64,000 bases of DNA from Octopus vulgaris (Eukaryota): contig OX597843.1 in the NCBI GenBank assembly GCA_951406725.2, positions 15,252,001-15,316,000 of the forward strand, in the 5' to 3' direction. Positions within the stretch are counted from its first letter, which is position 1, and each line of letters begins with the position of its first letter. The translations under genes and the position numbers were made by a program. Below the pieces are notes generated by a model that was given only the letters and a program-made list of their open reading frames with translations, ran no database searches and was not told the origin of the DNA. Shown here one piece after another: positions 38,552-51,981 of this stretch.

Positions 38552-39166
38552 AATGTATTTATGAAAACAAATGTGTTAAGCAGAAATGTATGGAGCAATG
38601 GATTATTAAAATACAAAAATTTCCATCCTAAAAACTTTACATCATTATTATTATTATTATTATTATATATGTATGTATGTATGTTTTTATGTTGAGTTAT
38701 AATAGAAACAGGTGTTGGACATCTAAGGTGAGGGAAGGGGTGTAAAAGTGCCTGGTCACGTTTGACTGAGATTTTCGGTCATTTGAGAAAAAGTAGTTTT
38801 AAAAAGGATGAAAATAGAACAACGCCGAGATGAAAGAAACATGCATTTTTGTAAAAAAGTCTAATATACATGTTTGTCAACCTGTGTAGAATATGTCTGT
38901 ATACATGCTTATGCATGTACGTAATATTTATACACACATACATTATATGATAATAATACACACACACACATATATAACATATGTATGTAATCTTATTGAC
39001 TGTGACTTCAAAGTAGCATTCTAAAACTGAAAAGTGGGGACATAACAGATCTTAAGTATTTGCATGTGTGTGTGTGTGTGTGTGTATATATATACACACA
39101 CACATGCATAGATATATACATATATATATATATGCATACATATATATATATATATACATACATACG

Positions 39167-39216
<50 letters not shown>

Positions 39217-39256
39217 TATGTATATAATATATATATATATATATATACACGTATGT

Positions 39257-39288
<32 letters not shown>

Positions 39289-39521
39289 CACACGTATGTA
39301 TATATATGTGTATATTATCAGTGAAGAAGAAATTGGTTCCAATGTTGCAAAGGAGTGTTGAGAATCAATAAAATTATAATACAACACTTTATATTTATAC
39401 ATTGAGTCCTTTAGTTTGTCAATGGTCCTTGCTTTTATCTCTCTCTCTCTCTCTCTCCATAAATATATATATATATTTATATATATATATACACACACAT
39501 ATTTATATGTACGTGTGTGTG

Positions 39522-39558
<37 letters not shown>

Positions 39559-41093
39559 GCACACATGTACATACATATATATATATATATAAATACACAT
39601 ACATACATATGTGTATATATACACACATAAATTTCGTCATTTATACAATGGAACTTTCATACTTTCCCAACCATGTATAATGTGCATTAGAATTATCCAA
39701 TGATAATTTTAATTTAACGAATGGTAAATTACATTTATCTTCACTGTTAATTACAATGTTCGCTCGCTTACATTCTATGCCAGTCACCATAAGACTTATT
39801 GTTTGCCTCTAATCATAGTTTACTTAGCTTACTGTATTGTCCTTCTTAAATATGACTAGCCAAAATAGAAAGCAGAAGTTAGGCAACACAAGTGAAACCA
39901 TTTGTAGCCATTGTTTCAGTTTAACTTTGTCATGGATTTGTATCAGAAAGTGACTGGCAACAAAGGTCATGGTTTGGGTGTCGGACACTTAAAATTCCAC
40001 AGAACAGTGATGAAACGGTTACTAGCAAGAATTACTTTAACATTTAAACCATCCCTATTTGGTTTAAAACTACTCTGTTTTATGTTGAAACCAGCCAGCT
40101 CTGGCCTTTCACACCTACCCTAAAAATAAACTGTCACATCCATCAAAATCTTGAAGCTATGAGAAACGACAATGTGGGGAAAAAAAAAACATTTCATTTG
40201 AAAGAAATAATGTGGAAGCTAAAGGATGAACCGATTAGCACTGCAAATGAGCATCTGCTATAAACATTCTGTTTTATGCTGAAACTGAGCAGATCCGGCT
40301 TCTCACACCTCTCCTACAATGTCATTCTTAAAATAAACAATCACAACATCAAAATCTCAAAGCTAAAAGATAATTCAGGATTAATTAAAAAGAGTTTCAA
40401 TAAATAAGGATTACATTTGATACAGAAATCTGAAATGGTAAAGAGTTAAACAAACAGTTGAGCTTAACAGTGATTAACGATGGGGGTTAACGATGCTTAA
40501 AATATCAGTTTTGTTGGTTGATTTTGTAATTCCTGATGAAGAGTTCCTATCTCCTGTAATGTCTGTCTGTCTGTCTCTTTCTCTCTTTATGTGAGTATCT
40601 ACTTATGTATGATGTATCTCCCTTTCTTTACCTCTTGCCATCTCTCCCACCCTTTCTGTTTCCATCGATCTGTCTCTGAGAATATTTCTCTTTTTGCATC
40701 GGAGGGGGAAGTGTTTATGTCAACCACATTCAATTACAAAGTTTTTCCCCTACACTCAGTTAATCTTTACATGTGTATTTCTGCAGTTGTGTGTCTGTGT
40801 GTCTCCTGTGCCAAAAAGTACCCTTATCAAACAGATTCAATATCCAGTCAGCCATGCCAAATCACCAGCATCCAAAAAGCCTTGTACAACACTTCTTACT
40901 GATATTTTAAGCAACCGTCACCGCATCCTGATCAATGCTAGATGAATTCTAACCAGCAGCAGTAACACCATTTTAATCAATGGTCACCAGAACTTTGTCA
41001 CGGATCAAAGGAACAAAGGGTCAGTTTGTGAGCTCCAAAATCTTGTCTTAATCAGAATGTATCATTGTGCCCCATACCCCTTACACACACACA

Positions 41094-41136
<43 letters not shown>

Positions 41137-41165
41137 TATATATATACATATATACACACACACAA

Positions 41166-41244
<79 letters not shown>

Positions 41245-41249
41245 GTATA

Positions 41250-41289
<40 letters not shown>

Positions 41290-42080
41290 CATATACAACT
41301 ATGCATTTGGCAGTGTTAAAATGTAGCTAGAAGATACACACACACATTCGCATATCTGTACACACACGCACACACACTGATATGTTAAATGCATACACAC
41401 ACACACATCTACACACACACACAGATCTGTTTCCCCAAGTTGTATGGTTCGTACAATGTGGAATGTTGCAGTGATGTATTGACAGTCATACAGTGGTTCC
41501 TAAGGGTTGGCGCTGTAGTGGCCTTCATTCTAAACACCCATGGGGGTCAGTAGAAGAGCTGTTGTTTGGTCCCAGGTCAGTCCTAATGCAGCAGATCAAA
41601 GACGTTCCAGCTGTGACCATCCAGTTTTTTCATTCAGTGATAGTGTACCTAGGACTACATTATTTAATGTGTCCTTCCTTGTTGCTGTTTAGCCCTAGGT
41701 CAGTCTTGATCCAGCAAGCCTATGATCAAACAACTATAATTGACAGTGTTGTTGCTGTACTTTAGCCGCAGGTCACTCGTAAGGTCGCTGACCACCGAAC
41801 GCCTCCAGTGCAGCTGCTGCACCTGGTGCTTCTGTCAAAATAAATGCATCCTTCTGCAACATCTGCCATTCAGTTGCAATTTCAGCTTTACGCTCTGCAG
41901 GGAACACCTGACTTGCAGATCTGCTGCGCATGGACTGTAAATCTGTGTGCACACATGCTTCTAAAATGGCTGCAAGTGAGCACAACAACAACAACAACAA
42001 CAACCACTACCGCCACCATCACCACCGTTGCCACCACTACCACCACTGCACACACAGCCACACAAGCACCACCACAGCTA

Positions 42081-42198
42081 CTATTTAGGCACTGCGCCAT
42101 GTGCAACGTGATGCGCTGTGATGTTGAGCAAATGTGAACTGCCGAGTGAGTTTGAAGCTGAGAGACGGTTTACTGCATCGTAGGTCCCGATGAAAGCC
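42081..42198 (-). CDS. AAAP-family amino-acid transporter, last coding exon (G-AFIGTYDAVNRL...GAVPK*)
   Basis: Acceptor tttccctcttctttgcag, phase 2, stop TAG followed by a second TAG; completes the final TM helix. Confidence 0.88.
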
Positions 42199-42536
42199 CT
42201 GCAAAGAAGAGGGAAACACATTAACAACAACAACAACAATAATAAAGATAATAAGCCAAACAACAACAACAATAATAAAGATAATAATAACTTTGATCAT
42301 GCACTGCTCTCTCACTCAATAATAATTTCAAATTTTGGCACAAGGCCAGCAATTTCGGGGGTGGGGGAAGTTAATTAGATCAACCCCAGTATGCAACTGG
42401 TACTTGTTTTATCGACCCTGAAAAGACGAAAGGCAAAGTTGACCTCAGATGAATTTGAACTCACAACATAAAGATGAATGAGAAGCTATCAAGCATTTTG
42501 CCTGGTTTGCTAACGATCCTGCCAGCTCACCACTCG

Positions 42537-42571
<35 letters not shown>

Positions 42572-42578
42572 TAATAAT

Positions 42579-43027
42579 CCTGTCCCAATCGATATAAACG
42601 TATCTGTCAAGACCTACCAGAAACTGAGCAAATATAAAGATCTTGAAATAGAAATCAGCAAAATGGGGAACCTGAAGACTAAAACAATATCTGTTGTCAT
42701 AGGTGCCCTGTGAATGATAGCGAAAGGGACTGATTGCTACCTAGCTCAGATACCAGGAAACCCCAAAATGGCAGAAATTCAAAAGATAGTGCTCATGGGA
42801 ACTGCTCATATCCTACGCAAAATACTTTCTACGTAATCTCAAGTTTTAAAACAAACATAATTTTCGTATGGTTTTTTAGACATTCACTAGTACAACACTA
42901 AGTACAAAGCCAAATATATCGAACCCTAGGCATAACAATAACGTGAACTTCCAACTTGTTGTCTCTTGAGGTCTCTGGGTGAGACTTGGAGCCAGTTTGT
43001 GCAAATGTAAAGCAAAAGTCAAACATA

Positions 43028-43030
<3 letters not shown>
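42579..43030 (+). mobile_element. R4/Dong 3' fragment (REL endonuclease C-terminus plus 3' UTR) in (AAT)n
   Basis: KLSKYKDLEIEISKM..LKTK..VVIGAL..IQKIVLMGTAHILRKILS; flanked by AAT repeats. Confidence 0.85.
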
Positions 43031-43065
<35 letters not shown>

Positions 43066-45361
43066 TGTTTTGTCTTGGTATAAAAGAGGGGCTACAGCAA
43101 ATATTCTGCTCAATACCACAGATTTGCTTGTCAGTTGTTTGACCTTAACCAGTTGAGCATGTCCCTTAGTGGCTGACGATATGTGCATCTCTGATCACGA
43201 GCAGAAGTAGTGGGGGAGCATCGTGGCCGTGTGTTGAGAGGGATTCTTGGGGGTTTGAATAATTCACCTCTGGAGGCATGGGTGTTTCGTTCAACATCCT
43301 TGGATAACCCTTATTCAGGGACCTTTCGAGTGGGATCGGTTACTCAGCCTGAAGAAAATTCTAACAGGGCCCCACCTGCATGGTCATGTGCTGTTTATTT
43401 TGGTGTGAGATCACCATGTCGCGCACATATGGTTGTGATGCGTGTGCCTGGTGTACCCTTATCAGACGGGTATACTGGGCTTCGTATATTTTACCCCAGT
43501 GTCGCTTTGATGGCATGCACTGCTCTTTCACTCAATAATAATAATAATAATAATAAAAATAATGATAATAAGAGCAGTCAGAGAGCACAAAGCTCTGCCA
43601 AGGGAACACCAACGTCCTCTCAACGATTAGCCAGGGATGCTTTTTAAAATGAGAACATCTGAAATAAACTCGATTGCTCTCATAAACGAGAATACTGAAA
43701 ATGAACTTGACCGCTCTCAAAAGTTAAGTAAAAAAAAAATGGAAAAATAATCCAGAATCCTTGTCCGGTACCAGATTGATTCCAAAATCTGATCAGTTCG
43801 TGCCAGTCACAAGGCCAGACATCCCTGAAATTTTCATCCAAATTCATCCAACAGTTGTTGAGATATTTTGTCCACGGACAAACAAACATGACTGAAACAA
43901 GATGGAGGCAATATTGGTTTCAAATTTTTGCCACAAGGCCAGCAATTTCGGGGTGGTGATGGTGGAGAGAGTCAATTATATCAACCCCAGTATGCAACTG
44001 GTACTTATTTTATCAACCCTGAAATGATGAATGGCAAAGTTGACCTCAGCTGAATTTGAACTTGGAACATAGTGCTAATCATTTAGCCCGACATGCTAAC
44101 GAATCTGCCAGTTCACCACCGTAACAATAATAACAATAATAATAATTGAGGAGGAGAAGATGACCAAAAGGTTTCAGCAGATGGCATTGAACCTGACACA
44201 TTCCTGAAAAAGTCAAATTGTTTTTTTCCCTTCTCACTGGAATCTAAGGGGTCACATATTCTGTTACTTTTGTACTCAAGGCCCAAATTACAGTAACAAC
44301 AACAACAATAATAATACTAATAATAATGATAATCTTTTCTACTGGAAGCACAAGGCCTCAAATTTGAAGAAAGGGATTACATCAACCCTAGTGTATAACT
44401 GGTACTTATTTAATTGACTCTGAAAGGCAAAATCAACCTTGGTGGAATTTAAATCCAAAACGTAGCAGCAGACGAAATACTCTTTTCTACTCTTGACACG
44501 AAGCCCAAAATTTTGGGGGGAGGCGGGCATTAAATTAGATCGACCCAGTATACAACTGGTACCTAATTTATCAACCTCTAAAGGATGAAAGGCAAAGTCA
44601 ACCTCGGCGGAATTTGAACTCAGATCGTAAAGACAGACGAAATACCTATTTCTTTACTACCCACAGGGGGCTAAACACAGAGGGGACAAACAAGGACAGA
44701 CAAACGGATTAAGTCGATTATATCAACCCCAGTGCGTAACTGGTACTTATTTAATTGACCCTGAAAGGATGAAAGGCAAAGTCGACCTCGGCGGAATTTG
44801 AACTCACAATGTAGCGGCAGATGAAATACCACGAAGCATTTCACCCGGCGTGCTAACGTTTCTGCCAGCTCACCACCATTATTATAATGATAATAATAAT
44901 AATAATTAATAATAATTTCAAATTTTTGCCACAAGAGCATCCTGGGGCAGGTGGAGGATGAGTCAATTACCTTGACCCCAATATTCAACTGGTACTTATT
45001 TTATTGACTCTGAAAGGATGAAAGGCAAAGTCGACCTCGGCGGAATTTGAACTCAGAAAGCAGGCAAAATACTACAAAGCATTTCATCCAGCATGCTAAC
45101 GATTCTACCAGCTCACTACCTTAACAACAACAACAACAATAATAATACCCCTGATGCCCTGATGAAGTACCAGGCACTGGCTCTCATGGCTTCTGAGTTT
45201 AACTGATTTCTGCCAGTCCGTTGCCTTTAGTTGGGGGTCAGTCAATTATATCTGTCCAAGTGTTCAACTGGTATGTATTTTATCAACCCCAAAAGGATGG
45301 AAGACACAGTCTACATCGGCAGGATTTGAACTCAGAACTTAAAAGATGGTCACCAACTTAC

Positions 45362-45421
45362 CCTATCATTCCAATAAGTATTAAAGTAACATCAACCACC
45401 TGCAACAATAACGTCGTAGAC
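45362..45421 (-). CDS. AAAP transporter exon (E-STTLLLQVVDVTLILIGMI-G)
   Basis: ttgttacag / gtaagt, phase 2 to 2, 60 nt. Confidence 0.88.
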
Positions 45422-45688
45422 CTGTAACAAGAACAACAGCGGTAATTATGAAATTAATTTGTTATTAGTGAACAATAATAATGATTTCAAATTTTGGCAC
45501 AAGGCCAGCAATTTCAGGGGAGGGGGTTAGTGTGACCCCAGTGCAAAACAGGTACTGATTTCATCAACACAGATAGGAAGAAAGACTAAGTGAACCATAG
45601 TGGGATTTGAACTCAGGACATAAAGACAGCAAAATGCAGCTAAGCTTTTTGCTTGGTGTGTTTACAACTGTGCCGGTTTACCACCACC

Positions 45689-45731
<43 letters not shown>

Positions 45732-45739
45732 CAATAATA

Positions 45740-46295
45740 AATGCCCTGATTCAGTACCAGGCAGTGGCTCTCATGGCTTCTGATCTTAACTGATTGGAAG
45801 TGTTATCATGTCCATTGTTTTGTCTTGGTATAAAAGATGGGCTACAGCAAATATTCTGCTCAATACCACAGACTTGCTTGTCAGTTGTTTGACCTTAACC
45901 AGTTGAGCATGTCCCTTAGTGGCTGACGATATGTGCATCTCTGATCACGAGTAGAAGTAGTGGGGGAGCATCATAGCCATGTGTTGAGAGGGATTCTTTG
46001 GGGTTTGAATAGTTCACCTCTGGAAATATGGGTGGTTCTTTCAACATCCTTAAACAATCCTTATTCAGGGACCTTTTGAGCGGGATGGGCTATTCAACCT
46101 GAAGAAAATTCTACCTGGGCCCCACCTGCAAGGTCATGTGCTGTTTATCTTGATATGAGATCACCATGTTGCGCACATATGGTTGTGATGCATGTGCCTA
46201 GTGTACCCTTATCAGACGGGTAGTCATGATGGGTATACTGGGCTTCGTATATTTTACCCCAGTGTCACTTTGATGGCATGCACTGCTCTCTCACT
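45740..46295 (+). mobile_element. (AAT)n-bounded non-coding retroposon; other copies at 43066-43533, 45148-45210, 8475-8665 (minus)
   Basis: Multiple similar copies ending GCATGCACTGCTCTCTCACTC-(AAT)n. Confidence 0.7.
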
Positions 46296-46296
46296 C

Positions 46297-46327
<31 letters not shown>

Positions 46328-46989
46328 CTTTCAAATTTTGGCAGAAGACCAACCAGTTGGAGGGGGAGGGCTGATTCAAGTACATTGACCCCAGTGTTCA
46401 GCTGATATTGATTTTATTGACCCTCAAAAAGATGAAAGGCAAAGTTGACCTCAGTGGAATTTGAACTCAGAACGTAGAGACGGACAAAATGCTATAAAGC
46501 ACTTTTCCCAGCAAGCTAACAATTCAATCAGCCAGCTCAGCACCTTGATGATGATGATGATGATACATACACACACACACACACATATATATACATACAC
46601 ACACATACATACACATATATATACATACACACACATATATATATATATACACACACACGCACACATACATACATATATATATATGTGTGTATATATATAT
46701 ATATACACACATACATATTTATATACACATATATACATTGACCAGTGAAATGTGGGATGGTCTATTATTGATGGCTTCAGCCTCTCAGCCCTCATTAGAA
46801 CACAACGCAACATACCATACATCTCTCATCATACCACAACAAACCACAGCACATACACACACACACAGCCCTACACCACACTGCTTTCACCCTGACCCTT
46901 CAAAACCCTCACCTCCAGCCATCCTCACACGCCTCCATTGGCCTCAACAGTCGTCCAAAGATGGAAAGACTCAACAGAGAAAGACTTAC

Positions 46990-47141
46990 TCTTTGAAAAT
47001 GATAAAATGAAAGAGACCGGGAAGAATGAAGGCCAGCAGTGTACAGCAGGTGGCGCCGATGAGGGCCATCAGATTGGCAAAGTCAGGAATGGTAATCACT
47101 ACAAGACCCGTGAGCAGCACCAGCAACATTCGGAGGATATT
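46990..47141 (-). CDS. AAAP transporter exon (NILRMLLVLLTGLVVITIPDFANLMALIGATCCTLLAFILPGLFHFIIFK)
   Basis: ttttttacag / gtaagt, phase 0 to 2; classic AAAP LR...IP.F..L.ALIGA....L.FILP motif. Confidence 0.93.
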
Positions 47142-47159
47142 CTGTAAAAAACAAGACAA

Positions 47160-47229
47160 CAGTAATAATAACAGTCATAATAATAATAATAATAATGAAA
47201 ATAGTAATAATGAAAATAATAATAATGAA

Positions 47230-47282
<53 letters not shown>

Positions 47283-47316
47283 AAATAATAATAATGAAAA
47301 TAATAATAATAATGAA

Positions 47317-47348
<32 letters not shown>

Positions 47349-47435
47349 AAATAATAATAATAATAATAATAATAATGAAAATAATAATAATAATAATAAT
47401 GATAATAATAATAATAAATAATAATAATAATAATG

Positions 47436-47489
<54 letters not shown>
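47160..47489. repeat. ~330-bp (AAT)n/(AATGAA) microsatellite
   Basis: Direct observation. Confidence 0.95.
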
Positions 47490-47492
<3 letters not shown>

Positions 47493-47669
47493 TCACTCTG
47501 ACCCATCAAATTCTCCTCCAGCCAACCTCACACGCCTCCATTGGCTTCAACAGTCATCCAAAGAACAATCGAATCTAACAATCGAATTGTGCTCTTCATG
47601 TTGACTCTTTACCTTTGTGAAGAGTTACGACAATCCTTTCTTAAAATATAATAATAATAATATGGCAGT

Positions 47670-48990
47670 TCTCAAGTTACAGCCATAAAGAAAGGATCAG
47701 AGTATACAAAGGAGCCATGAAGAAATTCGATAATATATTATGTAATGATAGGAATGGGATTTGCCCATTCTATAGGAACAAGTCATGGAACACTATAGAA
47801 AGGACAAAAAAGAAAATAGGGAAGGCCAACTCTTGGTATGATCGCCATAAATACCAGAGTGTCATGTTCGTTGACACCACCCCTGGAGGTGAACTGGCGT
47901 ACCGCTTTAGAAGGACCCAAGACAAACTTAAGCTAAGAATTAAGGTTGTTGAAAAGCCAGGCAACCCTATCAAATTTATAATTGGTAGAACCTATCCTTT
48001 TAGTAGAACCCCCTGTACGGATAAGTACTGTACTGTATGTAGATTTAGCCCAGAAATAAACTGTAAAGCCAGAAATGTAGTCTATAGTATAAGATGTATA
48101 GAGGGACGATGCAGTAACAAGACAACGACATATGTAGGGGAAACGGCAAGAAGCATAGGAGAGCGGGTAAATGTACATTGGAGAGAACTTACAGAAGGAA
48201 AGAGCTCATCGATTCTATACCAACACGCCCAGCAGGAACACGGGGGATCAATCAACAACATAGAAATTAAAATCTTATCCACACATAGAACAGATGCAAC
48301 AATCAGACAAATTACAAAAGCTAGCCTGAATAGAAAACTAGAATGGAACACTAGCACACCACAACATATGACAGAAGAGGATCCCCATAAACTGGTTACA
48401 ATATAAACAAAACTGAAAGCATAATAAAATAAAATACACTGACAAATAAACAAATGGAAGTAAATAACTAAATAGGTTTTTTTTTAATTAAAAATTAAAA
48501 AAAAAATTTTAATTTAAATTTAAAAAAAAATTATTATTACTAGTATTGTTGTTATACATACATACATACATACATACATACATAATAATAATGATAATGA
48601 TAATAATAATAATAAGTGTATGTAAACACATGAACAAAATAAGAATAAATAAAAACCAATTACATGAACATATATAAACAGAAGATACAAATATTACAGG
48701 TATCCCCCCCCCCCCCACACACACACTAAATAAACATAAACGCACATAGAGATATAAGCATGCGCAAATGAAGACATACAATAGAAATACAAAATGGCTG
48801 ACGGTTAGTAAGGAGAGACACAAATAAGTGAGAAGAAAACAAAGGACCACTGATGAGGTCACAGGAGTGTGACGAAAGAACTCTGGCCGAAATAAGATTA
48901 AGATTAATGTAAAAAATAAATATTACTGAAGCAAAGTAACACCAAATATATAGTGCGTGTGTTTTTATTGGCTAAACTGGCAAAATGACC
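47670..48990 (+). mobile_element. Penelope-like element 3' part: GIY-YIG endonuclease ORF (47717-48406) and pLTR with hammerhead (48844-48888)
   Basis: NVVYSIRC...YVGETARSIGER..H...LYQH...LNRKLEW; downstream CTGATGA-GGTCAC-AGGAGT-GTGAC-GAAA-GAAC-TC. Confidence 0.85.
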
Positions 48991-49329
48991 ATTCCGAAAT
49001 ATAACAATATCTGTTTCAACACACGACTTCACATCAAAAATCTTGCACAACAAATACATAAATGTACTAATAATAATAATAATAATAACATACAGTTCTA
49101 TATTTAAGAGATGAGGAATTATTTACATTATTTACATTTGACAGATATTTGTCCTCATTTTGTTTGTTAACAACAAACAAGATGAAGACAAATATCCATC
49201 AAATGTAAATAACATACATATATGCTATATATGTGTGTGTATATATATATATATATTATATATATATATATATATCCCTCTCTCTCTTTCGGAGAGGCAC
49301 TGAGCAGCTATACGCACACATACACACAC

Positions 49330-49479
49330 GGCAGTAACTTCCACCTACCGAATTCAATCACAAAGCTCCGGTCGGCTCGGGGCTATAGTGGAAGACACAT
49401 ACCCAAAGTGCCACGCAGTGGGACTGAACCCGAAACCATGTAGCTAGGAAGCAAGCTCCCTAACCACACAGCCATGCCC

Positions 49480-49522
<43 letters not shown>

Positions 49523-50608
49523 CACAGGAATGGCTGTGTGGTAAGTAGCTTGCTTACCAACCACAAGTGTCTTCTTCTATAGCCTCAGGCTGACCAAAGC
49601 CCAGTGAGTGAATATGGTGGACGGAAACTGAAAGAAGCCTGTTGTATATATACTGCCCCACCTTCGCTTGACAACCACTCTTGGTGCGTTTACATCCCCG
49701 TAACTTACTGGTTCGACAAAAGAGACCAACAGAATAAGTACTCGGCCTACAAAGAGTAAGTCCTGGGGATGATTAGTTCGACTAAAGGCAGTGCTCCAGC
49801 ATGGCCGCAGTCAAATGACTGAAACAAATAAAAGAATAAAAGAATATATATAGATAGATAGACTATTTTACTCTTTTATTTCTTTCGGTCATTTGACTGC
49901 GGCCATGCTGGAGCACCACCTTTAGTCAAGCAAACCGACCCCAGGACTTATTCTTTGTAAGCCCAGTACTTATTCTATCGGGCTCTTTTGCCGAACCACT
50001 AAGTTACAGGGGTGTAAACACACCATCATCGGTTGTCATGCAATGTTGGGGGAGGGGACAAACACAAGAAAGGAAAGAAAACATGGCATAAACAAAAAGT
50101 CTTGGTTCCCCCATCAATGCTCTTTGAGCCCTGACCGTAAATAACTATTTGCATGAAGAACACATCAGGCTTCTAGACTATTCCTCTAAGCCATGTTTCC
50201 TCTGCTTTTACTCTTTCTCTCTTTTACTTGTTTCAGTCATTTAACTGCGGCCATGCTGGAGCACCGCCATTTTTTTAATCGAGCAACTTGACCCTGGGAC
50301 TTATTCTTTGAAAGCCCAGTACTTATTCTATCAGTCTCTTTTGCCGAACCGCTAAGTGACGGGGACATAAACACACCAGCATCGGTTGTCAAGCAATGCT
50401 AGGGGGACAAACACGGACACACAAATATATATATATACATATATACGACGGGCTTCTTTCAGTTTCCGTCTACCAAATCCACTCACAAGGCTTTGGTCAG
50501 CCCGAGGCTATAGTAGAAGACACTTGCCCAAGGTGCCACACAGTGGGACTGAACCTGGAACCATGTGGTTCATAAGCAAGCTACTTACCACACAGCCACT
50601 CCTGCGCC
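49330..50608. mobile_element. Four SINE A copies in mixed orientation (49330-49478 minus, 49520-49845 plus, 49866-50065 minus, 50207-50608 minus)
   Basis: Family match. Confidence 0.8.
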
Positions 50609-51005
50609 TATTTTGTTTATATTGTATGCTCTTGTTTTTCACTCTGACGAAGATCTGTTGCCTTAATGCCCGATGAAGATGAAGAATTTTATCCTCACAT
50701 TTATGGATAAACTGCATTCTGGTATTCTGATCAGAAACAGATGTTAGATTTGTGTTGTCTTGTATCAATAAATATGCTTTAAAATGTAGTCCAATCAATG
50801 CACTCGTTAATCTATGCTTTTCTCCATTTTCTAATTATCTGCATTGGTTCCTGATAAACTCTTGTTCATTCTGTTGCTACTTGCACTTTACGTGTATGGT
50901 GTCCCTGCACACCATTGCCCAGATAACAGACAATGATAGTATATATGGATATTTTATCCCTTAGTCAGTTACTACAACCACTAACTCTATTTATATATGT
51001 ATGTA

Positions 51006-51521
51006 TCTCTCTCTATATAAACGGCAGTTTGTCTGTCTGTGTGTCTGTCAGGTTGTACCCTCACCCTGACCACGGCTTTCAACCGATTCTGATGAAACTT
51101 GACACACACATAGCCCAATGTCATAATTCAAAACTAACGCAGCGAAAATTTTGAAAAGTCTCCCCAGTTCTGAAAAAAATCGATAAATTCGACATGGGGT
51201 CGAGAATCTAAGCTTTTTATATGCAACACATTTTCTGTTGTAGTTTTCGCAACTTGCAATCGATTTTCAGCAAACTCATGGGAAGCTTAATGTTACCCTA
51301 AGAAACTTAATTCTGACATTAGTTTTCCATGCAATACCTTACCATCAGAAAAAAAATCGATAAAAGCATGCCATTTTGGGAAATCGCGTTCAAATTCAAG
51401 ATGACATATTTTCGACAATATCTTTCACAAATTGGCGGGAATGTTTTTTAAATTCACAGCGAGCATCATGTCTGCTCCAGGGGCTCTTACATACCCGGGC
51501 AATGCCGGGCTATGCTGCTAG
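51006..51521 (+). mobile_element. Non-autonomous Helitron-like element
   Basis: A|TC start, hairpin CCCGGGCAATGCCGGG, CTAG|T end. Confidence 0.78.
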
Positions 51522-51981
51522 TACATATATAAATGCGTGAAAATGTAACCACATGGATTGCAATATTTCTATACGAAAACTGAAAATTTGCACAAGGCCC
51601 GAAATTTTGGAGGGAGTGGGGTCAGTCAATTAGATCGACCCAGTATGCAACTGGTACTCAATTTATCAACCCCGAAAGGATGAAAGCCAAAGCCGACCTC
51701 GACGGAATTTGAACACAGAACGTAAAGACAGACGAAATACCGCTCATCATTTCACCTGTATCACAAAAGCAAATCAATTTGTATGAATTGATCGTAAGAC
51801 TGAACCGCAAAGTAAAAATTTCAAATAGTGTTGATGATAATTTTTGTCTTTGTGTATGACCATAAACATTGTACCCCGGTCTGGAAAATGCTATAACCGG
51901 TTAATGTGTATCACTGGGCATTATAGGACAAACAGAGAAACAGCTTTTCTTTTAAATATATCATTAATGATCCAATATATA

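Larger units (their letters stand above)
42325..46545 (-). mobile_element. Cluster of ~9 SINE family C copies (Nin/Deu-like central domain), all on the minus strand
   Basis: Repeated ...GAGTTCAAATTCCGCCGAGGTCGACTTTGCCTTTCATCC...AAGTACCAGTTG..TACTGGGG.. units separated by (AAT)n. Confidence 0.8.

Noticed and set aside
41773-42003. ORF with a signal-peptide-like poly-Leu start
   Set aside because: Non-ATG start inside a (GTT)n tract in the transporter 3' UTR; no recognisable motif
45740-46295. Resemblance to RNase P/MRP or telomerase RNA
   Set aside because: Only vague short matches; no convincing P4 helix or CUAACCCU template
50640-50660. CTGACGAAG as a hammerhead core (likewise CTGATGAAGAG at ~40533)
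   Set aside because: No properly placed GAAA, helix III or UH downstream
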